Numbered from the stretch's first letter, positions 31,862 through 43,893 are shown. The stretch is 64,000 bases of DNA from Gemmatimonadota bacterium (GCA_003251175.1 QKHC01000114.1:19350-83349), one strand, 5' to 3'. Made by a program: numbers and translations. Notes: generated from the letters alone by a model not told the origin.

Positions 31862-32473
31862 TCAGGCGCTCTGCCGCACCTGCAACTCCGGGGGCAAGGC
31901 CGCGAGAACGGGCTGCGACACCTTCCAGGAGCGCCGCGCCCGGGTGACGGTGATCTCCACCGTCAGGCCGCCGTCGCGACTGCGTTGCAGCTGCCCGCCG
32001 ACCCGCTCGAAGAGAGCGAGGGCGTCCAGGTGACCGGCGAACAGCGACGCGGTGAGATGCTCGACGCCGGAGTGCAACGCGTCGGCCATCAGGGTCTCGA
32101 GCAGCATGGTCCCGAGGCCCACCCCGCGGTAGTCGTCGGTGACGACGATCGTCAGCTCGGCCCGCGCGGGATCGGCCGCGTCACGTACGAACCGCGCAGC
32201 GGCCACGCCGGGCGCGTCCCTGTCGAGGGCGAAGGCGCCCCAGGCGTTGCCGGCGCCACCGGTCTCACCGGTCATGGCAGTGAGCCACCGATGGTACTGG
32301 AGGTACCTCGACCTGGGGCTGAGCCCGCGCAGACCGGCCAGCAGGCACCGGCGGTCCTCGGGGCCGATCGGTCGAATTCGCACCCGCCGGCCGTCCCTCA
32401 GTCTGGCATCGAAGGGACGCATCCGAGCCTGGCGCAACAGGGACCGGCCGCTCGGCCGGGGAATGCTCGTCAT
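31862..32473 (-). CDS. GNAT-family N-acetyltransferase
   Basis: RIRPIGPEDRRCLLAGL.., VVTDDYRGVGLGTMLLETL is the acetyl-CoA-binding R/Q-x-x-G-x-G/A motif. Confidence 0.75.
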   Translation of the reverse strand: MTSIPRPSGRSLLRQARMRPFDARLRDGRRVRIRPIGPEDRRCLLAGLRGLSPRSRYLQYHRWLTAMTGETGGAGNAWGAFALDRDAPGVAAARFVRDAADPARAELTIVVTDDYRGVGLGTMLLETLMADALHSGVEHLTASLFAGHLDALALFERVGGQLQRSRDGGLTVEITVTRARRSWKVSQPVLAALPPELQVRQSA

Positions 32474-32623
32474 GGTTGTCGCCCCCGTGGCTGAGTGTGG
32501 GAAGGGCAGAGGTTCGCGCTCACCAGTAGAGGCGCAGCAAGGCGCCGTTCCGGCTCACGCTGCTGGCGGCCGACCCAGGGGCCAGCTTTATTGGGGACGG
32601 GTCCGAAACCATCCCGAACCGTT

Positions 32624-33177
32624 ATGCCCGAAGCCGATATCACCCAGATGCTGCTCGAGCTCTCCGGTGGGAACCGCGAGGCGATGGATCGGCTGCTGCC
32701 CGCCATCTATGAGCAACTGCGGGGGATGGCGCGGCGAGAGTTGCGACGCGAGCGGCCGGGGCACACGCTGACCCCGACGGGGCTGGTGCATGAAGCATAT
32801 CTCAAGCTCGTACAGCTGGAGCGGGTGGACTGGCGGGGCCGGGCGCACTTCTTCGGCGCGTGCGCGCAGGAGATGCGTCGCGTTCTCATCAGCCACGCAC
32901 GGAAGAAAAAGGCGGACAAGCGCGGCGGGGGGGTAAGCCCGGTGACGCTCGACAACGTTTTGGTCGCCGCCGAGTCCCGTCCCCAGGAACTGCTCGCCCT
33001 GGACGAGGCACTCGTCAAGCTCGAGGCGTTGAGCAAACGGCAGGCGAGGATCGTGGAGTGTCGGTTCTTCGCCGGCATGAGCGTCGAGGAGACGGCGGCG
33101 GCCCTCGAGATCTCCCCTGCGACGGTGAAACGGGAGTGGACGGCGGCCAGGGCGTGGCTGAACCGGGAACTGACCAC

Positions 33178-33181
<4 letters not shown>
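32624..33181 (+). CDS. ECF sigma factor of the kinase-associated type (TIGR02999/ECF43-like)
   Basis: DITQMLLELSGGNREAMDRLLPAIYEQLRGMARRELRRERPGHTLTPTGLVHEAYLKL is the hallmark N-terminus of this ECF group. Region 4 is ..RIVECRFFAGMSVEETAAALEISPATVKREW. Confidence 0.85.
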
Positions 33182-35871
<2,690 letters not shown>

Positions 35872-35880
35872 GGTTCCCAT

Positions 35881-36891
35881 ATGCTGCGCTTGCCCACCTT
35901 CCGCTACCGCGAGCCGCGCACCCTCGCCGACGCCCTCCGCATGAAGACCGACGCGGGAACCGATGGCATGTACGTCGCCGGCGGGACGGATCTCTATCCC
36001 AACATGAAGCGGCGGCACCAGGAGCCGAGGACCGTGATCTCGTTGATGGGGATCGCGGAGCTGCGGGCGGTCGGGCGGTCGGGCGGTCAGGCGGGCGGCG
36101 CCGTGGTCGGGGCGGGAATCACGCTCACCGACTTGACCGCCTGTGCGCCGGTCCGCCTGACCGCCCCTGTTGTCGTCCAGGCCGCGGAGCTCGTCTCCAC
36201 CCCCCTGCTCCGCAACATGGGCACGCTGGGCGGCAATCTCTGCCTCGACACGCGGTGCAACTACTACAACCAGAACTACGAGTGGCGGAAGGCGATCGAC
36301 TTCTGCATGAAGAAGGACGGCGCGATCTGCTGGGTCGCGCCGTCGTCACCGCGCTGCTGGGCCGTGTCGTCGACCGACGTGGCGCCGGTCATGGTGGCGA
36401 TCGGCGCGGAGTATCGCCTGGTCGGCCCGCAGGGCGAGCGGGTCGTCCCGGCCGGGCGGTTCTATCACAATGACGGGATCAACTATCTCACCAAGCAGCC
36501 CGACGAAGTCCTGGTGGACGTCCGCCTGCCCGCTCCGAACGGCTGGAACGCCGTGTATCACAAGCTGCGGCGGCGGGGCGCGTTCGATTTTCCGGTGCTC
36601 GGGGTGGCGGCGTGGGTGAAGTGGGAGCAGGGAGCAGGGAGTGTGGAGCGGGTGGTGCGCGAGGCGCGCATCGTGCTGGGTGGCGTCGCGAGCTATCCGC
36701 AGGATGTGCCCGAGGCGGGGGCGGCGCTCGTCGGCACCCGCCTCGAGGATGACGCGATCGCGGCCGCGGCGGAGGCCGCCTACCGGCCCGCGAAGCCGAT
36801 GGACAACACGGACTTCGAGTTGTCGTGGAGAAAGCAGATGACGCGGGTGTACGTGACGCGTGCGCTGACGGACCTGCGCGTGCGCCGATGA
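35881..36891 (+). CDS. molybdenum hydroxylase medium subunit, FAD-binding (CoxM type)
   Basis: FRYREPRTLADAL..AGGTDLYPNMK, GTLGGNL and the CO_deh_flav_C-like C-terminus. Starts 9 nt after the kinase stop. Confidence 0.85.
   Translation: MLRLPTFRYREPRTLADALRMKTDAGTDGMYVAGGTDLYPNMKRRHQEPRTVISLMGIAELRAVGRSGGQAGGAVVGAGITLTDLTACAPVRLTAPVVVQAAELVSTPLLRNMGTLGGNLCLDTRCNYYNQNYEWRKAIDFCMKKDGAICWVAPSSPRCWAVSSTDVAPVMVAIGAEYRLVGPQGERVVPAGRFYHNDGINYLTKQPDEVLVDVRLPAPNGWNAVYHKLRRRGAFDFPVLGVAAWVKWEQGAGSVERVVREARIVLGGVASYPQDVPEAGAALVGTRLEDDAIAAAAEAAYRPAKPMDNTDFELSWRKQMTRVYVTRALTDLRVRR
36065..36088 (+). repeat. octanucleotide tandem repeat: 3 perfect units of GGGCGGTC, plus a degenerate 4th unit to 36096
   Basis: Read directly inside the FAD-subunit ORF (encodes ..VGRSGGQAGG..). 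Shares the 14-mer GGGCGGTCAGGCGG with 28303-28316. Confidence 0.8.
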
Positions 36892-37133
36892 CCACTGGTG
36901 AACGGCGGCACCCAACTGATCGACGCCACAACCCGACGCATTCCCGAGACAACCGCAACTCGTAGCGCGACGGGCGAGCCACGCCAGCCGCCCACGACGG
37001 CGTCACGCCCACGAATTCACGACTTGAGCGCTCGGCTTTTGCCGACACCCGGTCTCACGCGCCGCGTCCGACCGGCGTAGCTTGTCGCGATTCCGAAGCG
37101 CGCACGTGGACGCCGAGTCGGGAGCCTCGCGAC

Positions 37134-38354
37134 ATGACGCATCCCATACCCATGCGACCGCCGTTGCTGCTGGTCACTCTCCTCTTCACGGCGCCGTTGG
37201 CGGCCTGGGGACAGGAATCCGCCAGCGCCCGACTGTCCGGGCAGCTCCGCCTGCGGGGGGAGTTCGACGACCGGACCGCGAGCGCCTCGCCCGACGCCGC
37301 CGTGCTGTCGCGCATCCGACTCGGAGTCGCCGTCGATCCAGAGCCCTGGGTTCGGGCCTTCGTCCAATTGCAGGACGCCCGCGCATGGGGAACGGAAACC
37401 AACACGCTCACGGACGCATCGGCCGACCAATTCGACCTGCACCAGGGATACGTGGAGTTGGGGGCGACGGATGACGCAGTCCTCGCGCGGCTGGGGCGCC
37501 AGGAGGTGGTGCTGGCCGATGAGCGCCTCGTCGGCGCGGTGGGCTGGACCAACACCGGCAGGAGTTTCGACGGCGCCCACGTCTCGCTGGGGCGCGGACT
37601 TCGCGCCCGGATCTTCGGCTTCGCGATCGCCGAACGTGAGGCCCTGATCCCGACCGGGCTCGACCCACAGCAGAACGCGGACGGACAGCCGGATGGCATG
37701 CTCGCTGGCACGTTCGTCGAGCGGAGCGTGAGCGGTGCGGCGGTGCAGTTCACCGCCCTGTACGACCGCCACGCCGCCACCGACGAAAGCTATACGCTCA
37801 ATCTGCGGGCGCTCCACCGCGATGGCCGCTGGATCTGGGAGGCGGCCGCCGCGTATCAGTTCGGACCGCAACGCGCCGCGGCTTTCGCCAGCGGCCGCTT
37901 CGGACGGGCGTTGGGTGCCATCACGGCCGAGGTCGGCGCGGACTACCTGTCGGGTGACGACGATCCAGCCAGCGGCCGGCGCACCGCGTTCAATACGCTG
38001 TACACCACCGGCCACAAGTTCTACGGATGGATGGACTACATGGTCAGCTTTCCCGCCGCCACAGGGGACCGTGGCCTACTCGACGCCCTCGCGCAAGTCA
38101 CCTGGCAGCCCGGGCATTGGCGCCTTCGTACCGATCTCCATCGGTTCACGTTGGCGGAGAATCGCGGTGGCGAGAGCCTGTTGGGGTGGGAGCTCGACCT
38201 GGACGCGGCACGCCAACTCGTGCCTTCGGTCAGACTCGAAGGCGGGGCCAGCATGTTCAGCGCGGGCGACGCGGCCCCCGTCGTGCTTCCAGCGTTCGCG
38301 GCCGGGAAGGGTACGACGACGTGGGCCTGGGCACAGCTCACGGTGACGTTCTGA
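37134..38354 (+). CDS. outer-membrane porin, alginate-export (AlgE)-like family
   Basis: Signal peptide ..LLFTAPLAAWGQ. LRLRGEFDDR..RIRLGVAVDP..FVQLQDAR is a typical family N-terminus. Ends ..AWAQLTVTF. Confidence 0.6.
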   Translation: MTHPIPMRPPLLLVTLLFTAPLAAWGQESASARLSGQLRLRGEFDDRTASASPDAAVLSRIRLGVAVDPEPWVRAFVQLQDARAWGTETNTLTDASADQFDLHQGYVELGATDDAVLARLGRQEVVLADERLVGAVGWTNTGRSFDGAHVSLGRGLRARIFGFAIAEREALIPTGLDPQQNADGQPDGMLAGTFVERSVSGAAVQFTALYDRHAATDESYTLNLRALHRDGRWIWEAAAAYQFGPQRAAAFASGRFGRALGAITAEVGADYLSGDDDPASGRRTAFNTLYTTGHKFYGWMDYMVSFPAATGDRGLLDALAQVTWQPGHWRLRTDLHRFTLAENRGGESLLGWELDLDAARQLVPSVRLEGGASMFSAGDAAPVVLPAFAAGKGTTTWAWAQLTVTF

Positions 38355-38379
38355 CTCGGGAGGGTTGGCAAGCGATCCG

Positions 38380-39318
38380 CTACGCCAGCAGGCTCCGTGC
38401 GATGAACCATAGGTTCGCGGGCCGCTCGGCGAGGCGCCGCAGGTACCACGCGAACCAGGCGCTGCCGTAGCTGATGAGCACCCGCGCGCGATGCCCGCGG
38501 CCCACCAGGCGCCGCAGGTCCTCATTGCGCACCCCATACAGCATGTGCACCTCCCAACCGTCGCGCGGTACGCCCAGCGTGCCCGCCGCCCCCTGGATCC
38601 GCTCGATCAGCGCGAGGTCGTGGGTGCCGCACACCAACCGCACGGGCTGGCCCGCGGCCCGCGCCTCGAGCAGGGTCCGCGCCAGGGCGAAGTACTGGAG
38701 GTCCACCGCCCGCTTCTGGGGGTAGGCGATCGTTCGCGGCTCGGCGTAGGCACCCTTCACGAGCCGGATCGTCGGGTGCAGCGGCAGCAATTCGCCGAGA
38801 TCCTGCGGGGTGCGGCGCAGGTACGCCTGGAGCGCGAGCCCGACGCGCGGGATCCGCGCTTGGACCTTGCGGAAGATCGCGATGGTCACGTCGGTGTAGA
38901 CCGATCCCTCCATATCGATCCACAGGGTCGTGTTGCGTTGCGCCGCATGCGCGGCGAGCTCCAGGGTCAGGGTCTCGCAGGCATCCCGCCGAATATCGAG
39001 GCCCAGGTGGGTGAGCTTGATCGACGGCTCGGCGTCGAGACCACGCCGTGCCGATTCGTCGATTGCGGCGCGATAGCCGGCGGCGACCTGCTCGGCCTGC
39101 GGCAGTGTCGTCACGTTCTCACCGAGTTCTGTGAGCACCGCGCCGATCCCGCCCTGCGCGAGACGCCCCGCGGCGTCGAGGGCCTCGGCCAAGGTTTCCC
39201 CCGGCAAGAACTTCCGCACGGCGCGGCGCGCGAACGGCCAGGTGGGGGCTCGACGGGCCAGCCAGCTGGATTGGGAGGCGCGGAGCAGCAGCGATCGCAA
39301 TGGGTTCATACCGATCAA
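38380..39318 (-). CDS. proline dehydrogenase (monofunctional PutA-type)
   Basis: FLPGETLEALDA, SIKLTHLGL, VWIDME and LQAYLRRT..VRLVKGAY are family motifs. Position 39318 is a TTG; ATG 39309 is an equally good start. Confidence 0.85.
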   Translation of the reverse strand: MIGMNPLRSLLLRASQSSWLARRAPTWPFARRAVRKFLPGETLAEALDAAGRLAQGGIGAVLTELGENVTTLPQAEQVAAGYRAAIDESARRGLDAEPSIKLTHLGLDIRRDACETLTLELAAHAAQRNTTLWIDMEGSVYTDVTIAIFRKVQARIPRVGLALQAYLRRTPQDLGELLPLHPTIRLVKGAYAEPRTIAYPQKRAVDLQYFALARTLLEARAAGQPVRLVCGTHDLALIERIQGAAGTLGVPRDGWEVHMLYGVRNEDLRRLVGRGHRARVLISYGSAWFAWYLRRLAERPANLWFIARSLLA

Positions 39319-39410
39319 GGCTCCACGCTGGCGGGCCGGCCGTCAAGGACGGCCGATGCGAAGCCGCCCCCCGGGCCGTAGATTCCCGGCAACGGCTAAG
39401 GGAGCAGTCG

Positions 39411-39998
39411 ATGCGTAATCTCCTGAGCACGGTGATCGGATCTGCGGCCATACTCGCGGGCGGTGTGACAGCGCAGCAGGCGAGTCCCGACACGGCTCCA
39501 CCGCTCGAGGTGGGCGCGCCGGCGCCGGAGTTCGCGCTCCCCGCCGCCACGCGCTGGGGAATCCTGAGGAATCCGCTCCGTTTGTCCGATTACCGAGGTA
39601 AAACCGTCGTGCTGGCGTTCTTCTTCCGCGCGCGGACCCCTGGCTGAACGATCCAGATGGAGGCGTACCGTGATCAGTACGCCACGCTGTTTCACGGGGG
39701 CCGCGACGTGGTGCTGATCGCGATCAGCGCCGATCCGGTCGAGGCGTTGCAGTCGTGGGCGCGCGACGCCGAATTCCCGTTCGTGATGGCGAGCGATTCC
39801 GCCACGGCGGTGGGTCGCACGTACGGCGCGCTGGCCCGGCGGCCTGGCATGACCAACCGCAACCTGTTCGTGGTCGGCCCCGACGGCCGCATCGCGTACC
39901 GGGCCGTTCCGTTCCGCGAGACGGACCCGACGGCCTACGAAGAGCTGGGCGCGGCGATCGACCAACTGGTGCCGGCGCCGGGGGATGGCGGGCCCTAG
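39411..39998 (+). CDS. secreted AhpC/TSA (Bcp/PrxQ-like) peroxiredoxin with in-frame TGA (39645-39647) at the peroxidatic-Cys position: candidate selenoprotein, or nonsense pseudogene
   Basis: SD AAGGGAG precedes ATG 39411. Signal peptide is MRNLLSTVIGSAAILAGGVTAQ. Peptide reads APAPEFALP..LSDYRGKTVVLAFFFRARTPG[TGA]TIQMEAYRDQY..VVLIAISADP..FPFVMASD. ORFs 39300..39647 and 39657..39998 are in the same frame, separated only by TGA plus 3 codons. Confidence 0.7.
39662..39683 (+). promoter_or_regulatory. hairpin 14 nt downstream of the in-frame TGA (candidate bacterial SECIS element)
   Basis: GGCGTAC-cgtgatca-GTACGCC: 7 perfect base pairs with an 8-nt loop that has G at its second position. The loop starts 21 nt after the TGA. 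Confidence 0.4.
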
Positions 39999-41004
39999 CC
40001 TCCCGCGATCGGTCGCGCGGCGCGTGGCTGCAGCGCGATTCGCGCTGGGGCTGACCCTCGCGGCACTCGGTCCCCCAGCGGTCGGTGCGCAGCGCGTTGT
40101 GGAGGAGTACCGCCCCACGCCCGGTCTCCTCCCGATCGGCCCCGGCCCCAGCGACGCAATCGCGCTGACCGACAAGGGCTATACGCTGCGGCTCCCGGGC
40201 GACGGCGACACCCTGCGCGGCGTCGTCGTGCTGATCGACCCGCGGCGGCCGGCGGACACACCTCCCGACTCCGCCAGCTTCGACGCCCACGCGCTGGTAC
40301 GTGGCGTGGCCGTGCTCCACATCACGACGGGCAATCCGCTCGACTTTCTGTTCGCGGACGACAGCGTCGCACACCTCGCCGAGCGTATCCAGGTCGTACT
40401 CGCGCAGCACGGCGCGCGGGAAGTTCCGGTGTACGTCGCCGGCATGTCGCTCGGCGGTACACGCGCGCTGCGACTCGCCGTCTTCCTGGCCCGGCATCCG
40501 GATGCGTACTGGTTGCGGCTCTCGGCGGTGGCGGTCGTGGACGCGCCCCTCGACATGGCGCGCCTCTGGGACGCCGAACGCCGCGCCATCGTCGCGGACT
40601 TCCATCCCAGCGCCGCGGGCGAGGGCCGATGGGTCACCTACATGCTCGAACGGGCCCTCGGCGGGCCGCCGGCCACCCACGCTGCGCGCTACGCTGCGTA
40701 CTCGCCCTTCACGCATGCCGAGCCAGATGGCGGCAACGCCCGGCACCTCGTCCGGCTGCCGCTGCGCGCCTACCATGAGCCCGATGTGGATTGGTGGATC
40801 GAGCATCGCCGCAAGGACTACTATGCGATGAACTCGCTCGACCTGGCGGCGCTGATCAACCAGCTCCGCCTGCTGGGAAGCACCACCGCCGAGCTGATCA
40901 CCACGCATCGACAGCGCGCCGGAGTGGATGCCGGATCCTCCCCGCACACCTGGTCCATCGTCGACGACCGTGAGCTCGTAGGGTGGTTTGTCCGTTGGCC
41001 CTGA
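39985..41004 (+). CDS. secreted alpha/beta-hydrolase-fold protein (esterase-like)
   Basis: Signal-like N-terminus ..FALGLTLAALGPPAVGAQ. Nucleophile-elbow-like motif VAGMSLGG. Overlaps the peroxiredoxin end by 14 nt. Confidence 0.6.
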   Translation: MAGPSLPRSVARRVAAARFALGLTLAALGPPAVGAQRVVEEYRPTPGLLPIGPGPSDAIALTDKGYTLRLPGDGDTLRGVVVLIDPRRPADTPPDSASFDAHALVRGVAVLHITTGNPLDFLFADDSVAHLAERIQVVLAQHGAREVPVYVAGMSLGGTRALRLAVFLARHPDAYWLRLSAVAVVDAPLDMARLWDAERRAIVADFHPSAAGEGRWVTYMLERALGGPPATHAARYAAYSPFTHAEPDGGNARHLVRLPLRAYHEPDVDWWIEHRRKDYYAMNSLDLAALINQLRLLGSTTAELITTHRQRAGVDAGSSPHTWSIVDDRELVGWFVRWP

Positions 41005-41011
41005 CGACCGG

Positions 41012-41539
41012 CTAGGGCCCGGAGTCGACCACGCGCTCCAGTGCCGACTCGAGATCCTGGTCGCTCCCCACGCCGGTGTACACCACGCGTCCGGCGGCGT
41101 CGAGCACGACCACGTACGACGTCGTCAGCGCGTCGAAGGCGCGGACCGCCCTGCCGCGGGTATCCCACAGCACTACAAACGGCATCGGGTGCTTCTCGAG
41201 GTACCGCCTGATCGAGCGCTGCGACTGATTCACGGCGACCGCGATGACCACGAACGCTACCCTGTCGCGGAACCGCTGGTGAGCCGCCTCCATCCGAGGG
41301 AACAACCCGGCGCAGTTGGGACACCACGTAGCCCAGAATTCGAACAGGACCGGTTGTTTTCCGATCCATTGTCCGAGATCCACGGTGTCGCCGTCGAGGT
41401 TTTCGATGGTGACGGGCGACGGCACCGACCCAATCGGAAGGCCGACATCCTGTGCTCGCAGCGCCTCGGCGCCCAGGGCGACCAACCCGGTCAGCGCCAG
41501 CGCCGCCCAGCGGCCCCGCGCCATGGATTGCCAACTCAT
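41012..41539 (-). CDS. TlpA/ResA-like periplasmic thiol:disulfide oxidoreductase
   Basis: Signal peptide, then PVLFEFWATWCPNCAGLFP (thioredoxin fold, WCxxC). ATG 41539 overlaps the ccdA stop (ATGA). Confidence 0.85.
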   Translation of the reverse strand: MSWQSMARGRWAALALTGLVALGAEALRAQDVGLPIGSVPSPVTIENLDGDTVDLGQWIGKQPVLFEFWATWCPNCAGLFPRMEAAHQRFRDRVAFVVIAVAVNQSQRSIRRYLEKHPMPFVVLWDTRGRAVRAFDALTTSYVVVLDAAGRVVYTGVGSDQDLESALERVVDSGP

Positions 41540-42231
41540 CGCACCGTCCATGCCTGCCACACATAGTATGCGGCCATGATCAGCAGCAGGGTGCCGCCGG
41601 CGCGCTGGACGCGGACCATCCACGAACCCGCGCGCGGCAGCCGCGTCACCACGCCGGACGAGATTCCCACGGCGAGCAGCAGCGTGGTCATACCCAGCGA
41701 GAAGGCCAGCAGGTACACAAATCCCCAGCCAGCCGAGCGTGTTGTCGCCACCCATGTGAGCACCGCTGCAAACGCAGGCGCACCACATGGTGCCGCGACG
41801 ATCCCCGACGTTGCCCCCAGCAGCAGCGCAGCTGCAATGGAGCCGCCCCGCAACCCCGCCGCCCATCGAGCCAAGCTGGCTGGCACCGGGACGGACACCA
41901 CGTCGAGCATTGCGAGCCCGAAGACGGCGAGCAACCCCGCGATCGCGAGTCGTGCCCACCAGCTCGATCCCACCGTGCCGAACAGCGAGCCGGTGAGTCC
42001 CGCGAGCAAACCGAGCAGTGCGTACAGGAATGCGAGCCCGAGCACATACACGAGCGCGAGGACCACCACCCGTCGTCGTGACTGCTTCGCGTCCGCCGTT
42101 CCCGAGAGCAGGCCGATGGTGATGGGGATCATCGGGTACACACACGGGCTGAGACTCGTCACCACCCCCGCGCCGTAGAGCGCGACGATCGCGGAGACCG
42201 GATGCTGTGGCAACGCATCACCGAGCACCAT
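41536..42231 (-). CDS. ccdA: cytochrome c biogenesis / thiol-reductant transfer protein CcdA (DsbD family)
   Basis: GVVTSLSPCVYPMIPITIG and GIVAAPCGAPAFAAVL are the two conserved Cys-containing motifs. Six TM segments. Confidence 0.85.
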   Translation of the reverse strand: MVLGDALPQHPVSAIVALYGAGVVTSLSPCVYPMIPITIGLLSGTADAKQSRRRVVVLALVYVLGLAFLYALLGLLAGLTGSLFGTVGSSWWARLAIAGLLAVFGLAMLDVVSVPVPASLARWAAGLRGGSIAAALLLGATSGIVAAPCGAPAFAAVLTWVATTRSAGWGFVYLLAFSLGMTTLLLAVGISSGVVTRLPRAGSWMVRVQRAGGTLLLIMAAYYVWQAWTVR

Positions 42232-42296
42232 CGCTGAAAGCTAACCGGCCGCGCCACAGCTTGACGCCTGATCGACGGCGGCGGCAAGTTGCCGCT

Positions 42297-42776
42297 ATGA
42301 GCCGCAGTGGTCCGGGTAGCGACGGCGCGGGGACCCGCCGGCCGGTGGTCTTCGAAATGCCGGTGCGGGTTGCACCAGCCGACATCGACGAGCTGGGACA
42401 CGTCAACAACGTCGTGTACCTGCGCTGGGTGCAGGAGGTGGCCACCGCGCACTGGCTGGCGGAGGCCGGCGCTGACCTCGTCGCGGCGGTGAAGTGGGTC
42501 GTGTTGCGCCACGAAATCGACTATCGGCGTCCGGCGCTCGCGAGCGACGAGCTGCTGGCACGCACCTGGGTAGGGGGAGCGAGCGGCACCCGCTTCGAGC
42601 GCCACGTGGAGATCGTGCGGGCGTCGGATGGAGTGGCCCTGGCACAGGCTCGTACCGTGTGGTGCCCGGTGGACGCGCACACCGGCCGTCTGAAGCGCCT
42701 CGATCCCTCCGTCAACGATCGGTTCCGGGAGCCAGCGGTGATCGACGACGCCCGCGGCGACGCCCCGCGTGGCTGA
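42297..42776 (+). CDS. acyl-CoA thioesterase, 4HBT (hotdog) family
   Basis: VRVAPADIDELGHVNNVVYLRWVQE..VLRHEIDYRRPA is typical of YbgC/4HBT. Confidence 0.8.
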   Translation: MSRSGPGSDGAGTRRPVVFEMPVRVAPADIDELGHVNNVVYLRWVQEVATAHWLAEAGADLVAAVKWVVLRHEIDYRRPALASDELLARTWVGGASGTRFERHVEIVRASDGVALAQARTVWCPVDAHTGRLKRLDPSVNDRFREPAVIDDARGDAPRG

Positions 42777-43236
42777 CAGGCCGCAACAGTCCTGCTGGCC
42801 TGTCAGAGCTGGCGTCGCGATGGCAGTGATCGGCCTGTGCGTGCTCGGGAGCTGCACCGCCGACACGTCGCGCCTCGACGACGAGCAGGAGGCCCGGCTC
42901 GCGGCGCAGGGGATCGTGTTGCGCGCGGACAACCTCCTGTTCCGGCACAGCGAGGACGTCGGCCGACGGGATGAGCGGTGGCGTGAACGGGTCGCGTCGA
43001 TCGTGGTGACGCAGGAGACGGTCCTGATCCACGAAAACGGCTACGTCGACTTTCTGATCCAGCCCACCACCCGCCGCTGGGTGGAGGTGCACCGCGACCG
43101 GGACCGCGTACGTATCAATGCGGGGACGCGTGGCAATACCGAAGTGTGGTCGTTTCAGCCACCGGGCGATGCCGCAGCGTGGGCGGAGGCGATCCGCGCG
43201 GTCATTCGCGCGTCGCGAAGCGCGGCGAACTCATGA
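42769..43236 (+). CDS. lipoprotein, unknown function
   Basis: Lipobox ..MAVIGLCVLGSC. Start is either GTG 42769 (overlapping the thioesterase stop) or ATG 42820. Confidence 0.55.
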   Translation: MADRPQQSCWPVRAGVAMAVIGLCVLGSCTADTSRLDDEQEARLAAQGIVLRADNLLFRHSEDVGRRDERWRERVASIVVTQETVLIHENGYVDFLIQPTTRRWVEVHRDRDRVRINAGTRGNTEVWSFQPPGDAAAWAEAIRAVIRASRSAANS

Positions 43237-43359
43237 CGCGGGACTACGACCGGTCCGGGGCCTGGCGGCGTGACCTGCGCGCCGCGCACGAGGTCGTCAT
43301 ACAGGGCGTCCGGTCAACGGGACCCGGGACGCCAGCTCACTCTCGCGACGAGGCACGTG

Positions 43360-43893
43360 ATGCGGGTCATGGCTGATGCGACGAGTGCGGGACGCATGGG
43401 ATCGGGGCGATACCCGCACGGCGCAGCAGCAGCCGCACCGCGGGCACGGCCGATGGTCTGCGGCGCGGTCGTCGTGCTGATGGCGTTCGCCTGCACCACC
43501 GGAGGGGAGCTCCCCGACGGCGGCGCAGCGGTGACGATCGACCAGGCCGTGGGGTTGCCCAGCTCGGGGCTGCGGCAGCGAATCACGCTCACTCCTGCCG
43601 TCCCCGCCTCCGGCGATACTGTGGAGGTGCGCTCGGCGCTCCGGAACGTGGGCACGGGCGTCGTCCCGGTCACGTCCACCATCTGCGGCCTGCATCTGCG
43701 CGGGTCGCTGTCATTCGTGGATCCGTTCACGCGTTGCGCCGGCTACAGTGTGAGCACCGAACTCGCCGCCGGCGACTCGGTGTTGGACGCGCGGCGCGTG
43801 GTGGTCACGGCCGGATCCGGGCACTGGGTGCTCGAGGTGCGCCAGTTGCTGGACCCGTCCGCGTGGGTCGCGGTACCGGTACACGTTCAGTAG
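43360..43893 (+). CDS. lipoprotein, unknown function (beta-sandwich-like)
   Basis: GAGG lies 6 nt before ATG 43360. Lipobox is VVVLMAFAC. Alternative starts are 43396 and 43453. Confidence 0.55.
   Translation: MRVMADATSAGRMGSGRYPHGAAAAAPRARPMVCGAVVVLMAFACTTGGELPDGGAAVTIDQAVGLPSSGLRQRITLTPAVPASGDTVEVRSALRNVGTGVVPVTSTICGLHLRGSLSFVDPFTRCAGYSVSTELAAGDSVLDARRVVVTAGSGHWVLEVRQLLDPSAWVAVPVHVQ

Noticed and set aside
36892-37133. 242-bp intergenic region after the FAD subunit, examined for an sRNA, riboswitch or small ORF.
   Set aside because: I found only a weak 5-bp hairpin (TCGGC-tttt-GCCGA). No conserved riboswitch core is recognisable by eye, and the 60-aa track ORF (36898..37080) has no start context. 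Undecidable without a covariance-model scan.
39337-39355. Stable 8-bp hairpin (CGGCCGTC-aag-GACGGCCG) in the divergent region between the proline dehydrogenase and the peroxiredoxin.
   Set aside because: The structure is real, but I cannot assign a function (operator or 5'-UTR element). A single GC-rich hairpin is not distinctive in this genome.
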